A stretch of 64,000 nt of DNA from Actinocrinis sp. (GTDB lineage Bacteria > Actinomycetota > Actinomycetes > Streptomycetales > Catenulisporaceae), in NCBI RefSeq assembly GCF_035938995.1, contig NZ_DASZGI010000329.1:54535-118534 (forward strand). The letters are read 5' to 3'. Below, piece by piece: positions 18,465-28,414 of the stretch (its first letter is position 1; the number at the start of each line of letters is the position of its first letter). The notes under the pieces were generated by a model. It was not told the DNA's origin. It ran no database searches and worked only from the letters and a program-made list of their open reading frames with translations. Made by a program: the position numbers and the translations under genes.

Positions 18465-20519
18465 CTACACCTCTGTCGGCGGCACGATGCGGCGCTGGTC
18501 TTCGCGGGTGCTCGGGCCGGGGGTGGCGTCGGCGATCCAGGGGCCGTCGATGGACGGGTCGAGGATGCCGCGCTCGAGCCAGGTGTACCGGTTGGCGAGG
18601 AGCTGTTTGGCGATCTGGCGGTCGTGGTCGTCGGTGTTGTTCCAGAGCCGGCCGAACAGCTCCTCGACCCGCAGGCGCGATTGGCGGCAGAAGTTGTCGG
18701 CGAGTTCTGCCGCGCCGGCGGCCTCGGTGTCGCCTTTCTCGCTGGACTCGGCTCTCAGGGTCTTCGCGTAGACGCAGGCGGCGGACATCGCGTACAGCTC
18801 GGCGCCGATATCCACGATGCGGCCGAGGAAGAGTTGCCGGTATTCCAGTCCTGCTCGCCAGCGGGCCATGCCGTAGAAGGTGTTGCGGGCCAGCCTGCGT
18901 GCCGCGCGCTCCACGAAGCGCAGGTGTTCGGCCAGCGGGCCGTACGCGGCGAAGCCGGTCGGCGACAGTCCCTCGCCGACCACCAGGCCGGGAAGCCACC
19001 GTGCGTAAAAGCCTCCGGCACGGGCGGCGGCGCGGGCCTTTTGGCTGGTGTCTGCCTTGGGATCCACTATTTCGCCCGCGACGGACAAGTGCGCGTCTAC
19101 TGCTTCACGGGCGATCAGCAGCCGCATGATCTCGCTGGAGCCCTCGAAGATGCGGTTGATCCGCACATCGCGCAGCACCTGCTCGGCCGGCACGCCGCGC
19201 TCCCCGCGCGCGGCCAGCGACTCGGCCGTCTCGAAGCCTCGGCCGCCGCGAATCTGCACCAGTTCGTCGGCGATGAGCCACGCCTGCTCGGAGCCGTACA
19301 GTTTGGCGAGCGCGGCCTCGATGCGGATGTCGTGCCGGTCGGCGTCGGCCAGCCGGCCGGAGACCTCGAGGACCGCCTCCAGGGCGAACGCCGTCGAGGC
19401 GATGTAGGCGAGCTTGCCGGCGACCGCCTCGTGCCCGCCGATCGGCCCGCCCCACTGCTCCCGCGCGTTGGACCACTCGCGGGCGATCTTCAGGCTCCAC
19501 TTGGCGGCGGCCGCGCACACCGCGGGCAGCGCGAGACGGCCGGTGTTCAGCGTGGTCAGCGCGATCTTCAGGCCCTCGCCCTCGCGCCCGATCCGGTTGG
19601 CCGCGGGCACCTCCACCTGGTGCAAGCGGGTCACGCCGTTCTCGATGCCGCGCAGCCCCATGAAGGCATTGCGATTCTCGACCGTGATGCCCGGCGAACG
19701 CGCCTCGACCACGAACGCGGTGATGCCGCCGCGGTGCCCCTCGCTGCGCGGCACCCGGGCCATCACCACGAGCAGGTCGGCGAGCACGCCGTTGGTCGTC
19801 CACAGCTTGACGCCGTCGAGTACGTAGGTCTGCCCGTCGTCGCTGGGCACCGCGGTGGTGGCCAGCCGTGCCGGGTCGCTTCCGACGTCGGGCTCGGTCA
19901 GCAGGAACGCGGTGATCTCGCGCACGCACCGGGGCAGGAACAGCTTGCGCTGCTCGTCGTTGCCGAAGAGCTTGACCGGCTGCGGCACGCCGATCGACTG
20001 GTGCGCCGAGAGCAGGGCGCCGATCGACGGATGCACCGTGCTGACCAGCATCAGGGCCCGGTGGTAGTAGACCGCGGGCAGGCCGAGTCCGCCGTACTCG
20101 CGCGGGATCTTCATGCCGAACGCGCCGAGGTCCTTGAGCCCGTTGATCAGCTCGTCCGGGATCCGGGACTCGCGCTCGATCAACCGGCCGTCCGCCTCGG
20201 CCTCGCAGAACTCGCGCAGCCGGGCCAGGAACTCCTCACCGCGCCGGCTCTCCTCCGGGTCGACCGGCGGAAGCGGATCGATCAGGTCGAGGCGCAGGTG
20301 GCCGAGGAACAACTCCCGCCCGAAGCTCGGCCGGTCCCATCGGCTCTCCCGGGCCTCTTCGGCTACCTGCCGGGCTTGTTCGGCGCCGGACGGGGTGGGG
20401 GTCGAGGGAGAGATGGTGTCAGGGGAAGGGGAGGTCTCGGGAGAAGGGGCAGCGGCGGTGGATGGGGTGGGGTCGGAAGAAGGGGTGGGCTCGGTGCGGC
20501 CGGAATCCAGGTCGGTCAT
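18465..20519 (-). CDS. acyl-CoA dehydrogenase (long form) with a Pro/Ser/Thr-rich N-terminal extension
   Basis: ACAD-like body (TEPDVGSDP, GGRGFET motifs). ATG 20519 is preceded by GGGAG. The upstream 36 codons of the ORF-track entry are probably not translated. Confidence 0.85.
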   Translation of the reverse strand: MTDLDSGRTEPTPSSDPTPSTAAAPSPETSPSPDTISPSTPTPSGAEQARQVAEEARESRWDRPSFGRELFLGHLRLDLIDPLPPVDPEESRRGEEFLARLREFCEAEADGRLIERESRIPDELINGLKDLGAFGMKIPREYGGLGLPAVYYHRALMLVSTVHPSIGALLSAHQSIGVPQPVKLFGNDEQRKLFLPRCVREITAFLLTEPDVGSDPARLATTAVPSDDGQTYVLDGVKLWTTNGVLADLLVVMARVPRSEGHRGGITAFVVEARSPGITVENRNAFMGLRGIENGVTRLHQVEVPAANRIGREGEGLKIALTTLNTGRLALPAVCAAAAKWSLKIAREWSNAREQWGGPIGGHEAVAGKLAYIASTAFALEAVLEVSGRLADADRHDIRIEAALAKLYGSEQAWLIADELVQIRGGRGFETAESLAARGERGVPAEQVLRDVRINRIFEGSSEIMRLLIAREAVDAHLSVAGEIVDPKADTSQKARAAARAGGFYARWLPGLVVGEGLSPTGFAAYGPLAEHLRFVERAARRLARNTFYGMARWRAGLEYRQLFLGRIVDIGAELYAMSAACVYAKTLRAESSEKGDTEAAGAAELADNFCRQSRLRVEELFGRLWNNTDDHDRQIAKQLLANRYTWLERGILDPSIDGPWIADATPGPSTREDQRRIVPPTEV

Positions 20520-20703
20520 CTCGGCTCCCAACGTCGGCCGTGGGTTCGAGGGGGACTGCATCCGGCTTACCACGCTACTACCGGGCGGTAACTTCGCCGA
20601 GACGCAGAGGCCGGGAGACGGGTGCATTCATCCATGCGAACTACACACACCCGTACACCCGGCCTCCGCGTCGTGACTTTCAGCCCGGGGGACCGCGGCT
20701 ACG

Positions 20704-22149
20704 TCAGGAGAACTGGATGATCACGGCGCTCCCCGCCTGCACGGTCACGGTGGCGACCCCGTGGTGGACGTGCACGGTGGTGGACTGCGGCGGCGCGAAG
20801 GCTCCGTGCGGGCCGACCTGCTGCCCGCCGAGCGTGATGCCGGTCGTGGCCGAGAGGCCCGCGGAGGAGGAGGTCGCCAGGGCGATCGAGCTTCCGCTGC
20901 GCAGGCCGCTGCCCAGGTTGAGGCTGATCTTGGTCGCGCGGTTCGAGGCCGGGTCCTGAACGTCGTCCAACACGACGGTCAGGTGGTCGCCGTTCTTCAC
21001 GGCATAGGCGCGTATGTTGGCGGAGTCGGAGTTGTCCAGCGCCACGAAGTTGCCGGTGCCGACGAGTTCGGTGGCGAGCATGCCGTAGTACAGCGGACGC
21101 GGCGTCAGGTCGCCGGTGGTCGGGCACAGCGGCGTGTAGGGGTCGCAGGCGCCAGAGGCGGTCGTACCGCTCATGAAGTTCTCGCTCGCGATTCCGTCCT
21201 GCGCGAGCAGGAGGCTGTAGTCCAGGGACCACAACGCCGCGGCGAAGACGTCGCTGACGCCCGCCATGCCGGCGCAGACGGTCGAGTTGGTCTCGGTCAT
21301 CGCGGCCGGGACGTGCAGCTGCGCGGCCGCGGCCAGCGCCGCCTGCGCGTTGGCGGTCTCGTACTGCACCGAGCCGGTACCCAGCAGCTCCGGGATGGTC
21401 GCGGTCGAACTGCCGCAGGCGCTGGTCGGGTAGGTGTGGTCGGTCACCTCGTAGACGTCCGGGTGCGCGGCGTCGTCGGCGGCGAACCCGCCGAGCCACG
21501 AACTGTGGTTCGTCTCGGCGTCGGGCGCGGTGAGGCCGATGCCCGGCACGGCCGCCTTGATGGCCGCCGCGTAAGTCTCGAACTCGGCGTAGTACGCGTT
21601 GACGTCGCTGAAGTAGAAGTTGGGCTCGTTGCCGACCTCGATCGCCAGCAGGGAGCTGCCGAAGATCTGCTGTGCGTAGTGCGCTTCGTCGGCGGCCCTG
21701 GCCGGGTCCGGGTGCTTGAGGTTGACCGCGAGGATGACCTTCCAGCCGACGGACTGGACGAGCGTGGCGAGGTGCTGCAGCTTGTCCGGGGTGATCACGC
21801 CGCTGGTCGCCCAGCTCGGCGCGGGCTCGCCGGTCGAGGTCCAGAAGGTCGCGTCGCCGGAGTTGCCGCCGACCCGGATCACCCCGGTCGGGCCGAGCGT
21901 CTTGAGGAAGCCGGCGAAGTCGGTCGTGGCGTAGTTGTCGGCCGCGACGGTGGCGGCCCCGAAGGAGAACCCGACGAAACCGGAATGCAGCGGATTGCCG
22001 ACCTGGTCGGGGTGCACGGTGATCGACAGGCTCGCGTGCTTCGCGGGCTGAGCCTGGCCACCGGTCGCCTGTGCCGTCCCTACGCCGATCAATGTCGCGG
22101 CGGTGACACCGAGGGCGACGGCGGCGCGCGCGCGTACGGAACTTCTCAT
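20704..22149 (-). CDS. secreted glycoside hydrolase, GH79-like (beta-glucuronidase/heparanase fold)
   Basis: Signal peptide MRSSVRARAAVALGVTAATLIGVGTAQA. Has EVGNEPN (acid/base) and MTETNS (nucleophile) motifs plus ALWSLDY. ATG 22149 was chosen as the start. Confidence 0.65.
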   Translation of the reverse strand: MRSSVRARAAVALGVTAATLIGVGTAQATGGQAQPAKHASLSITVHPDQVGNPLHSGFVGFSFGAATVAADNYATTDFAGFLKTLGPTGVIRVGGNSGDATFWTSTGEPAPSWATSGVITPDKLQHLATLVQSVGWKVILAVNLKHPDPARAADEAHYAQQIFGSSLLAIEVGNEPNFYFSDVNAYYAEFETYAAAIKAAVPGIGLTAPDAETNHSSWLGGFAADDAAHPDVYEVTDHTYPTSACGSSTATIPELLGTGSVQYETANAQAALAAAAQLHVPAAMTETNSTVCAGMAGVSDVFAAALWSLDYSLLLAQDGIASENFMSGTTASGACDPYTPLCPTTGDLTPRPLYYGMLATELVGTGNFVALDNSDSANIRAYAVKNGDHLTVVLDDVQDPASNRATKISLNLGSGLRSGSSIALATSSSAGLSATTGITLGGQQVGPHGAFAPPQSTTVHVHHGVATVTVQAGSAVIIQFS

Positions 22150-22356
22150 GATTGTTTCTCTGACTCCTGCCTTCGACGCTGAGCACGATGAGGAAGGAGC
22201 ACAGTGTTTCCGCCGTACACGGTGCTCATGCGCTGCGTCTCGGACGGCCAAGGCGCTCGCCGAAGCCTGAGATCCGCACACGCACGGTCCACAATGTCGT
22301 CGGTGTTACGAGCCGCCGCAAGCATGTGTGAGGCAAAATTTCAGATAAGCGATTAA

Positions 22357-22374
22357 TGTTCACAACGGTGAACA
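22357..22374 (-). terminator. 18-bp perfect palindrome TGTTCAC-aacg-GTGAACA just after the GPP methyltransferase stop
   Basis: Lies 11 nt past the stop at 22385 in a locally AT-richer stretch. On the transcribed strand it is followed by a T-rich run. It could alternatively be an operator for the GH79 gene about 210 nt downstream. Confidence 0.4.
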
Positions 22375-22384
22375 GCTAATTCAG

Positions 22385-23290
22385 TTATACGCGGTCCGCT
22401 GCGATCAATAGATAGTGGAAGCTGCCTTCGCGGTACGCGGTCAAGAAGGCCTCTTCGATACCCGTGGCCACCGAGGACTGCGCCCGCAGCTCCCAGTAGG
22501 GGATCGTCGCGGGCGTCAGGTCCAGTACGGTGATCGGCGTCAGGCCGTTGGCGGCCAGCGCGCGGAAGTAGGCGCTGCGCGGGTGGATGTTGCACGTGTA
22601 GTGCTCGTCTATCCGGCTTACCGCCTTGGACCGCAGGCCCGTGACGTCGTTGGAACACCCGGTGATGCAGACGTACCGGCCGCCGTGGGGGAGCAGCCGG
22701 GCGAATTCCGCGTAGAGCTCGTTCAGGTCGACGTACATCGTCGTCTCGTTGGTCCAGATGCCGCGCTTCGAGCCGGACTCGAATCCGGTGTCGAGCATGT
22801 TGCGGAAGTGGAAGCGCACCACGTCGCTCACGCCGCGCTCGACGGCCCGGTCGTTGGCGAAACCGGCCTGGTACTCGGAGATGGTGACCCCGTCGACGCG
22901 GCAGCCGAACCGGTAGTGCGCCATCAGGCTGGTGCCGCCGCGGCCGCAGCCCGCGTCGAGCAGCCGGTCGCCCGGTCCCACCACGCCGAGGTTGTCGAGC
23001 AGGACGTCGGCCTGCGCGCTCTCCAGCCGGTGCAGCTCCTCGATGATCCGCTGGTCGCGCTCGTCCGGCGACACTTCCAGGACGGCCGGGTCGTAGTCGC
23101 CGAGGCCGTAATGGTGGTGGTAGAACCCGTCCACCTCGCCGAGCCGCAGATTGACCGGGTCCTGCGTGTGCGTGTCCCAGTACTGCGCGACAGCCCGCTG
23201 ATACGCGGTGCGCAGCACCGGGGAGAGCTGAGACAGGGACTGCGTCACGGGCTGCGTCACGGGCTGCGTGTCGGGCGGGGACTGCGTCAT
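22385..23290 (-). CDS. geranyl diphosphate 2-C-methyltransferase (2-methylisoborneol pathway)
   Basis: 301 aa from ATG 23290. SAM motif LLDAGCGRGG. Recognisable along the whole length as a GPPMT (SCO7701-type): YWDTHT, FYHHHYG, IWTNETTMY. The start overlaps the MIB synthase stop (ATGA). Confidence 0.9.
   Translation of the reverse strand: MTQSPPDTQPVTQPVTQSLSQLSPVLRTAYQRAVAQYWDTHTQDPVNLRLGEVDGFYHHHYGLGDYDPAVLEVSPDERDQRIIEELHRLESAQADVLLDNLGVVGPGDRLLDAGCGRGGTSLMAHYRFGCRVDGVTISEYQAGFANDRAVERGVSDVVRFHFRNMLDTGFESGSKRGIWTNETTMYVDLNELYAEFARLLPHGGRYVCITGCSNDVTGLRSKAVSRIDEHYTCNIHPRSAYFRALAANGLTPITVLDLTPATIPYWELRAQSSVATGIEEAFLTAYREGSFHYLLIAADRV
23240..23275 (-). repeat. 12-bp tandem repeat (CTGCGTCACGGG x3, third copy degenerate) at the 5' end of the methyltransferase gene
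   Basis: Read directly from the sequence. It encodes TQPVTQPVTQS, and a fourth partial copy includes the ATG. Confidence 0.8.
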
Positions 23291-24522
23291 CGGGTCGACT
23301 CCTTTTCGCGGGCCGTCGCGTAGTGGGCGGTGGTGCGGTGCCATTCGTGGTTGCCGCCGAGCCAGGCCCACACCCCGGCCAGGAACCGAGCCAGCGCGGG
23401 CGAGCCGGCGGCGGCCAGCGCGGCGGCTTCATGCTCGTAGGTGCGGACCAGCTCGTCGTGCAGCGCTGCGGCGCGCCGCACTGCCTCGCCGGGCGAGCAC
23501 TGCTCCTCGGCGGCGATCAGCGTGGGCAGGTTGTAGTCGTACTGGGCGCCGCGCTGCTCCTTGCTCATCGAATACAGGTCGTTGACGAGCGTGGTGGCCA
23601 GGCCCGCCATCAGCACCGCCCGGCGCACCGGGGGAGCGCCGTACTCGGTCGCTGACAAGTGATAGCCGCCGACGACATCGATCACGGCGATGGTTGGCAT
23701 GAAGCTGTTCTGCTGGCGTTCGGCGAGGTACTGCCACACGGGTGGGACGAAGTCGGTGCGGCGCCAGGACCCCTCGGTGTTGTAGCCGTTGAACAGCGCG
23801 GCCAGTTCGAGACGCAGCCGGTCGACCTGTCCAGGGGTCGCGTACCGCGCGAGATGCCCGAGCGCGGAACCCAGCGCGACACGAACCGGGTCCTCGCGCA
23901 ACGCCGCGTCCAGCGCCGGCTGACGCTGCGCCCCGATCACCGGCGGATCGATAGTCGCGTACGCCAAGCCGAGCCGGGCGCCCAGCAGGTCGGGCCGGGC
24001 GCCCTCGGACTCGTCATCGCAGTACGCGTCGTCGGTAGCCCACTCGGCGAGCGCGCATTTGGCGGCGGCCAGCAGCCGGTCCGGGTCCTCGCTCTCGGGG
24101 TGGACGAGCATGATGAAGCGGCCGAAGTTCGCCTCCCGGACGTGGTCGAGGCTGTCCGGGTAGAGGCCGATCTCCTTGGCCCACGCGAGGAGCCGCTCGT
24201 TGACCAGCTCGCCGAGCGCCGGGTCGTCGCGCAGCGCGGGCGGGGAGTAGAGCTCGGGCACTGTTCCGTTCTGGCTGGCTCCGTTCTGCGCGGCCTGGTC
24301 AGGCTGCGCGCCGCCGGTGCCGGGCCGACCGAGCGGGGCGCGGTCGGCCCGAGGTGGAACGGGACGCAGCGACGAGGTGCCCAAGCCGCGCGGCCCGCCG
24401 AGGACCGGCTTCGCGGGCCGAAGTGAGGCCGGTGCCGAGGGCGGCGCGGCGAGCAGGGCGGCGGCCAGCGCGGCGGCTTCGTGCCGCGCGGGAGGCGCGG
24501 CCACACGGTTCAACAGGGACAT
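23287..24522 (-). CDS. 2-methylisoborneol synthase (class I terpene cyclase) with a disordered N-terminal extension
   Basis: 411 aa. Has the Asp-rich motif DDAYCDDE and the NSE triad NDLYSMSKE. The first 88 or so residues are an Ala/Pro/Gly/Arg-rich low-complexity tail. Confidence 0.9.
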   Translation of the reverse strand: MSLLNRVAAPPARHEAAALAAALLAAPPSAPASLRPAKPVLGGPRGLGTSSLRPVPPRADRAPLGRPGTGGAQPDQAAQNGASQNGTVPELYSPPALRDDPALGELVNERLLAWAKEIGLYPDSLDHVREANFGRFIMLVHPESEDPDRLLAAAKCALAEWATDDAYCDDESEGARPDLLGARLGLAYATIDPPVIGAQRQPALDAALREDPVRVALGSALGHLARYATPGQVDRLRLELAALFNGYNTEGSWRRTDFVPPVWQYLAERQQNSFMPTIAVIDVVGGYHLSATEYGAPPVRRAVLMAGLATTLVNDLYSMSKEQRGAQYDYNLPTLIAAEEQCSPGEAVRRAAALHDELVRTYEHEAAALAAAGSPALARFLAGVWAWLGGNHEWHRTTAHYATAREKESTR

Positions 24523-24595
24523 GGCGACCTGAAGTTCCTCTCCTGAAGATGAACGCCGTGCGCGAGCGCATCGGAACCTGCGTCAAGCGGCTGGA

Positions 24596-26014
<1,419 letters not shown>

Positions 26015-26120
26015 GTAAGGCCGCCTCCGAAACGGATCGAATTGCGCATCGTGCCTCTGCCTCCTAAGCAAAACGGGGCAGCAGGCGATCGCCAATGGCG
26101 CCCAGGGAGCACTTATGGCG

Positions 26121-26146
26121 CTCAGTAATCACAAAGTGACTCTGAG
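26121..26146. promoter_or_regulatory. imperfect 26-bp palindrome with a perfect TCAC-AAA-GTGA core, upstream of the encapsulin/MIB operon
   Basis: Sequence CTCAGtaaTCACaaaGTGActCTGAG. The core at 26129-26139 lies 115 nt upstream of the start at 26014. Confidence 0.35.
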
Positions 26147-26725
26147 TAACGCTAACGGGGGATTGATCAGCTCGACTGAGTCCGTGTCATGCACATACGG
26201 CATCTGACATGCCATTGGTAAAGAAATGCCAGCTCAACCACACTTTCGCGTGGTTTGGATCACCTTCGCCGACTATAGCAGGGGTCACCTACTACCTTCC
26301 ATAGGCATGCGGCGAGCTTCTCCGGCCACGGATATCCCGGGGCGAACCCGTATCGCACTGTCGTTCGCCTGCTCGAAGTCGGCGGTGGGCTCAGCGTTTT
26401 CGGCGTGCTTCCGGGCTCTTACCCGGCACGGCTGTCAGCGTCCGGATACGACTCACCCGCCTGGCCGTCAGCGTCAGCCGGGCTGCACGACGATCCTCGT
26501 CTACACCCTGAACAACCGTTCGCCCCGGGGCCTCGGTGCCAGAGACAGCGGCTTCACCGCCCGTTTCCGTCAGCCCGACCGCTTGGCGGCGCGCCAGGTG
26601 GAGGCGCCGGGTGCGCTGCGGAAAAACACAGCCACGCTGCTTATCGGCCTTATCGGGCTCGGATGCCTGTTGTTCGCCTCATTCATGATCGCCTTCGCGC
26701 GCTGACCGCACGCGCCTTTCGTCAG

Positions 26726-26914
26726 CTACCTCTTCGACTTCTTCGCCTCGATCGGCATGGGCTCAGCGAACGCCTGCTCGGCCTGCTCCACCTGGCGACC
26801 GGCGGCTGGCTGACGTATCTGGCGTACGCGGTCTTCGTCGACTTCGCGGTCGGCCACGGCGTCGGAGGTCAGGGCCGCCGTTTCGGCGGGCGTCATCGTG
26901 CTCGTGTCGATCAC
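26726..26914 (-). CDS. small acidic hypothetical protein (56-62 aa)
   Basis: GC3-rich ORF (MTPAETAALTSDAVADREVDEDRVRQ...). It lies in the same reading frame as the upstream dehydratase gene, and that frame has no stop between the dehydratase TGA and this ORF. No family was recognised. Confidence 0.25.
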   Translation of the reverse strand: MIDTSTMTPAETAALTSDAVADREVDEDRVRQIRQPAAGRQVEQAEQAFAEPMPIEAKKSKR

Positions 26915-27016
26915 CTGCGCCGTGCGGCTGAGCCAGGGCAGTGCCTCCCGGACCTCGCGAGGCAGGCGATCGACGAGCTGACCGGCGCGCTCGCGGGGAC
27001 GTTCGTCCGCTGGCGA

Positions 27017-28378
27017 TCAGGGGGCGTCGAGACTGCCGTCGGGACGGCGGACCCCCGCCGACCAGCGCTCGTGCAGAAACTTGGTGGGCGGGAAGGCCGC
27101 GGCGGCCTTCTCGTCGAGGTCCACGCCCCAGCCGGGTGCGTCGGACGGGTAGAGGTGGCCCTCGCGCACGACCGGGGTTCCAGGGAAGACCTCGTGCGTG
27201 GCGTCGTTGTAGGTGTGCGATTCCTGATATCCGAAGGCGGGAGTCGAGACATCGACAGCCAGGTTCGCGGCGACGCCGATCGGCGAGATGTCGCCGGGGG
27301 AGTGGAAAGCGGTGCGCACGGCGAGCAGTTCGGCGAGGGCGACCAGCTTGCGGGTGGGGGTCAGGCCGCCGACCGAGGAGGTGTGCAGCCGCAGCAGATC
27401 CACGCCGCCGTCACGGATGAGGCGGACGGCGTCGGGCAGTGAGCCCAGCTGTTCGCCGATGGCGATGGGCACCGGCGAGGCCGCACGGACTTCGGGCAGC
27501 CGATCGTAGTATTCGGGCGCGATGACATCCTCGAGGAACGAGAGCTGATACGGCTCGAGAGCGCGGGCGAGCACCACGGCCTGTTTGGGTGTCAGCCTGC
27601 TGTGCACGTCGTGCATGAGGTTCACACCGAGCCCGAGGCGTTCCCGCGCCGCCGCGAACAGCGCGGGCGTGGTGCGCAGATATCGCTCGGGGTCCCAGCC
27701 GTCGGGGTGCGGGGAGCGAGGGTAGCCGCCGAGGGTGCCTGGTGCTCCATAGGTACCGATCCCCGGACCGCCGACCTGGAGGCGCACGCTTCGGTACCCC
27801 TCGCCGATGAACTGCTCCGCCCGGGCGAGCGTTTCGTCGATCGTCGCCCCGGCCGCGTGCGTGTAGACCTCGACTCCGGCCCTGCTGCGCCCGCCCAGTA
27901 GCTCGTAGACCGGCATCCCGGCCCGCTTGCCGGCGATGTCCCACAAGGCTTGATCGATCCCTGACAGGGCATTGTTCAGTACCGGGCCGTTGCGCCAGTA
28001 CGCCGAGTAGTGGATCAGCCTTGTGATGTCCTCGATGTCGGCCGGGTGGCGGCCGACGACCAGCGGCCCCACGTGCTCGTCCACCGCCGCTGCCACGGCC
28101 GCGTACCTCTGGGTAAAGGTCGCGCAGCCGAGACCGTAGAGCCCTAGCTCGGACGTCTCCACCCGCACCACGACCAGCGGCGTGCCCTCCGGTGCTGTCA
28201 CGAACGTACGGACGTTGGTGACGCGCAGCTTGTCACGGCTCGGCCACGGGGGCATGGCTTGGGGGAGGGCGCCGGTCGCGTTCAGCAGGCGGTTCGGATC
28301 GTGGCCGTCGCCGTTCGTCGCCACGGTCCTGCTGCCTTGGGCCGCCACGTCGGCGGACGCCGCCCCAGCATTTGGCAT
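27017..28378 (-). CDS. enolase-superfamily sugar-acid dehydratase, D-mannonate dehydratase (ManD)/RspA-like subgroup
   Basis: 453 aa. GLYGLGCATFTQR, YWRNGPVLNNALSGIDQALWDIAGK and the MR/MLE C-terminal barrel are present. ATG 28378 has GGGAGG 6 nt upstream. Confidence 0.85.
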   Translation of the reverse strand: MPNAGAASADVAAQGSRTVATNGDGHDPNRLLNATGALPQAMPPWPSRDKLRVTNVRTFVTAPEGTPLVVVRVETSELGLYGLGCATFTQRYAAVAAAVDEHVGPLVVGRHPADIEDITRLIHYSAYWRNGPVLNNALSGIDQALWDIAGKRAGMPVYELLGGRSRAGVEVYTHAAGATIDETLARAEQFIGEGYRSVRLQVGGPGIGTYGAPGTLGGYPRSPHPDGWDPERYLRTTPALFAAARERLGLGVNLMHDVHSRLTPKQAVVLARALEPYQLSFLEDVIAPEYYDRLPEVRAASPVPIAIGEQLGSLPDAVRLIRDGGVDLLRLHTSSVGGLTPTRKLVALAELLAVRTAFHSPGDISPIGVAANLAVDVSTPAFGYQESHTYNDATHEVFPGTPVVREGHLYPSDAPGWGVDLDEKAAAAFPPTKFLHERWSAGVRRPDGSLDAP

Positions 28379-28414
28379 GTCAAACCTCCCGCGCGTTCGT
28401 CGGCGTCGGCCCCG

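Noticed and set aside
22353-23432. 359-aa minus-strand ORF overlapping the GPP methyltransferase gene.
   Set aside because: It is an alternative frame of a gene with unmistakable methyltransferase sequence, and its product is Arg/Pro-rich nonsense.
26129-26139. Calling the TCAC-AAA-GTGA core a CRP/cAMP-receptor site because the operon encodes a cNMP-binding protein.
   Set aside because: The half-site orientation and 3-nt spacing do not match TGTGA-N6-TCACA. It is kept only as an unassigned palindrome.
26226-26705. 159-aa plus-strand ORF in the long spacer upstream of the encapsulin operon.
   Set aside because: It is Arg-rich with many rare CGT codons and no recognisable domain. Only the last 35 or so codons (a hydrophobic tail) look protein-like, so I treat it as probably non-coding and flag the region as a finding instead.
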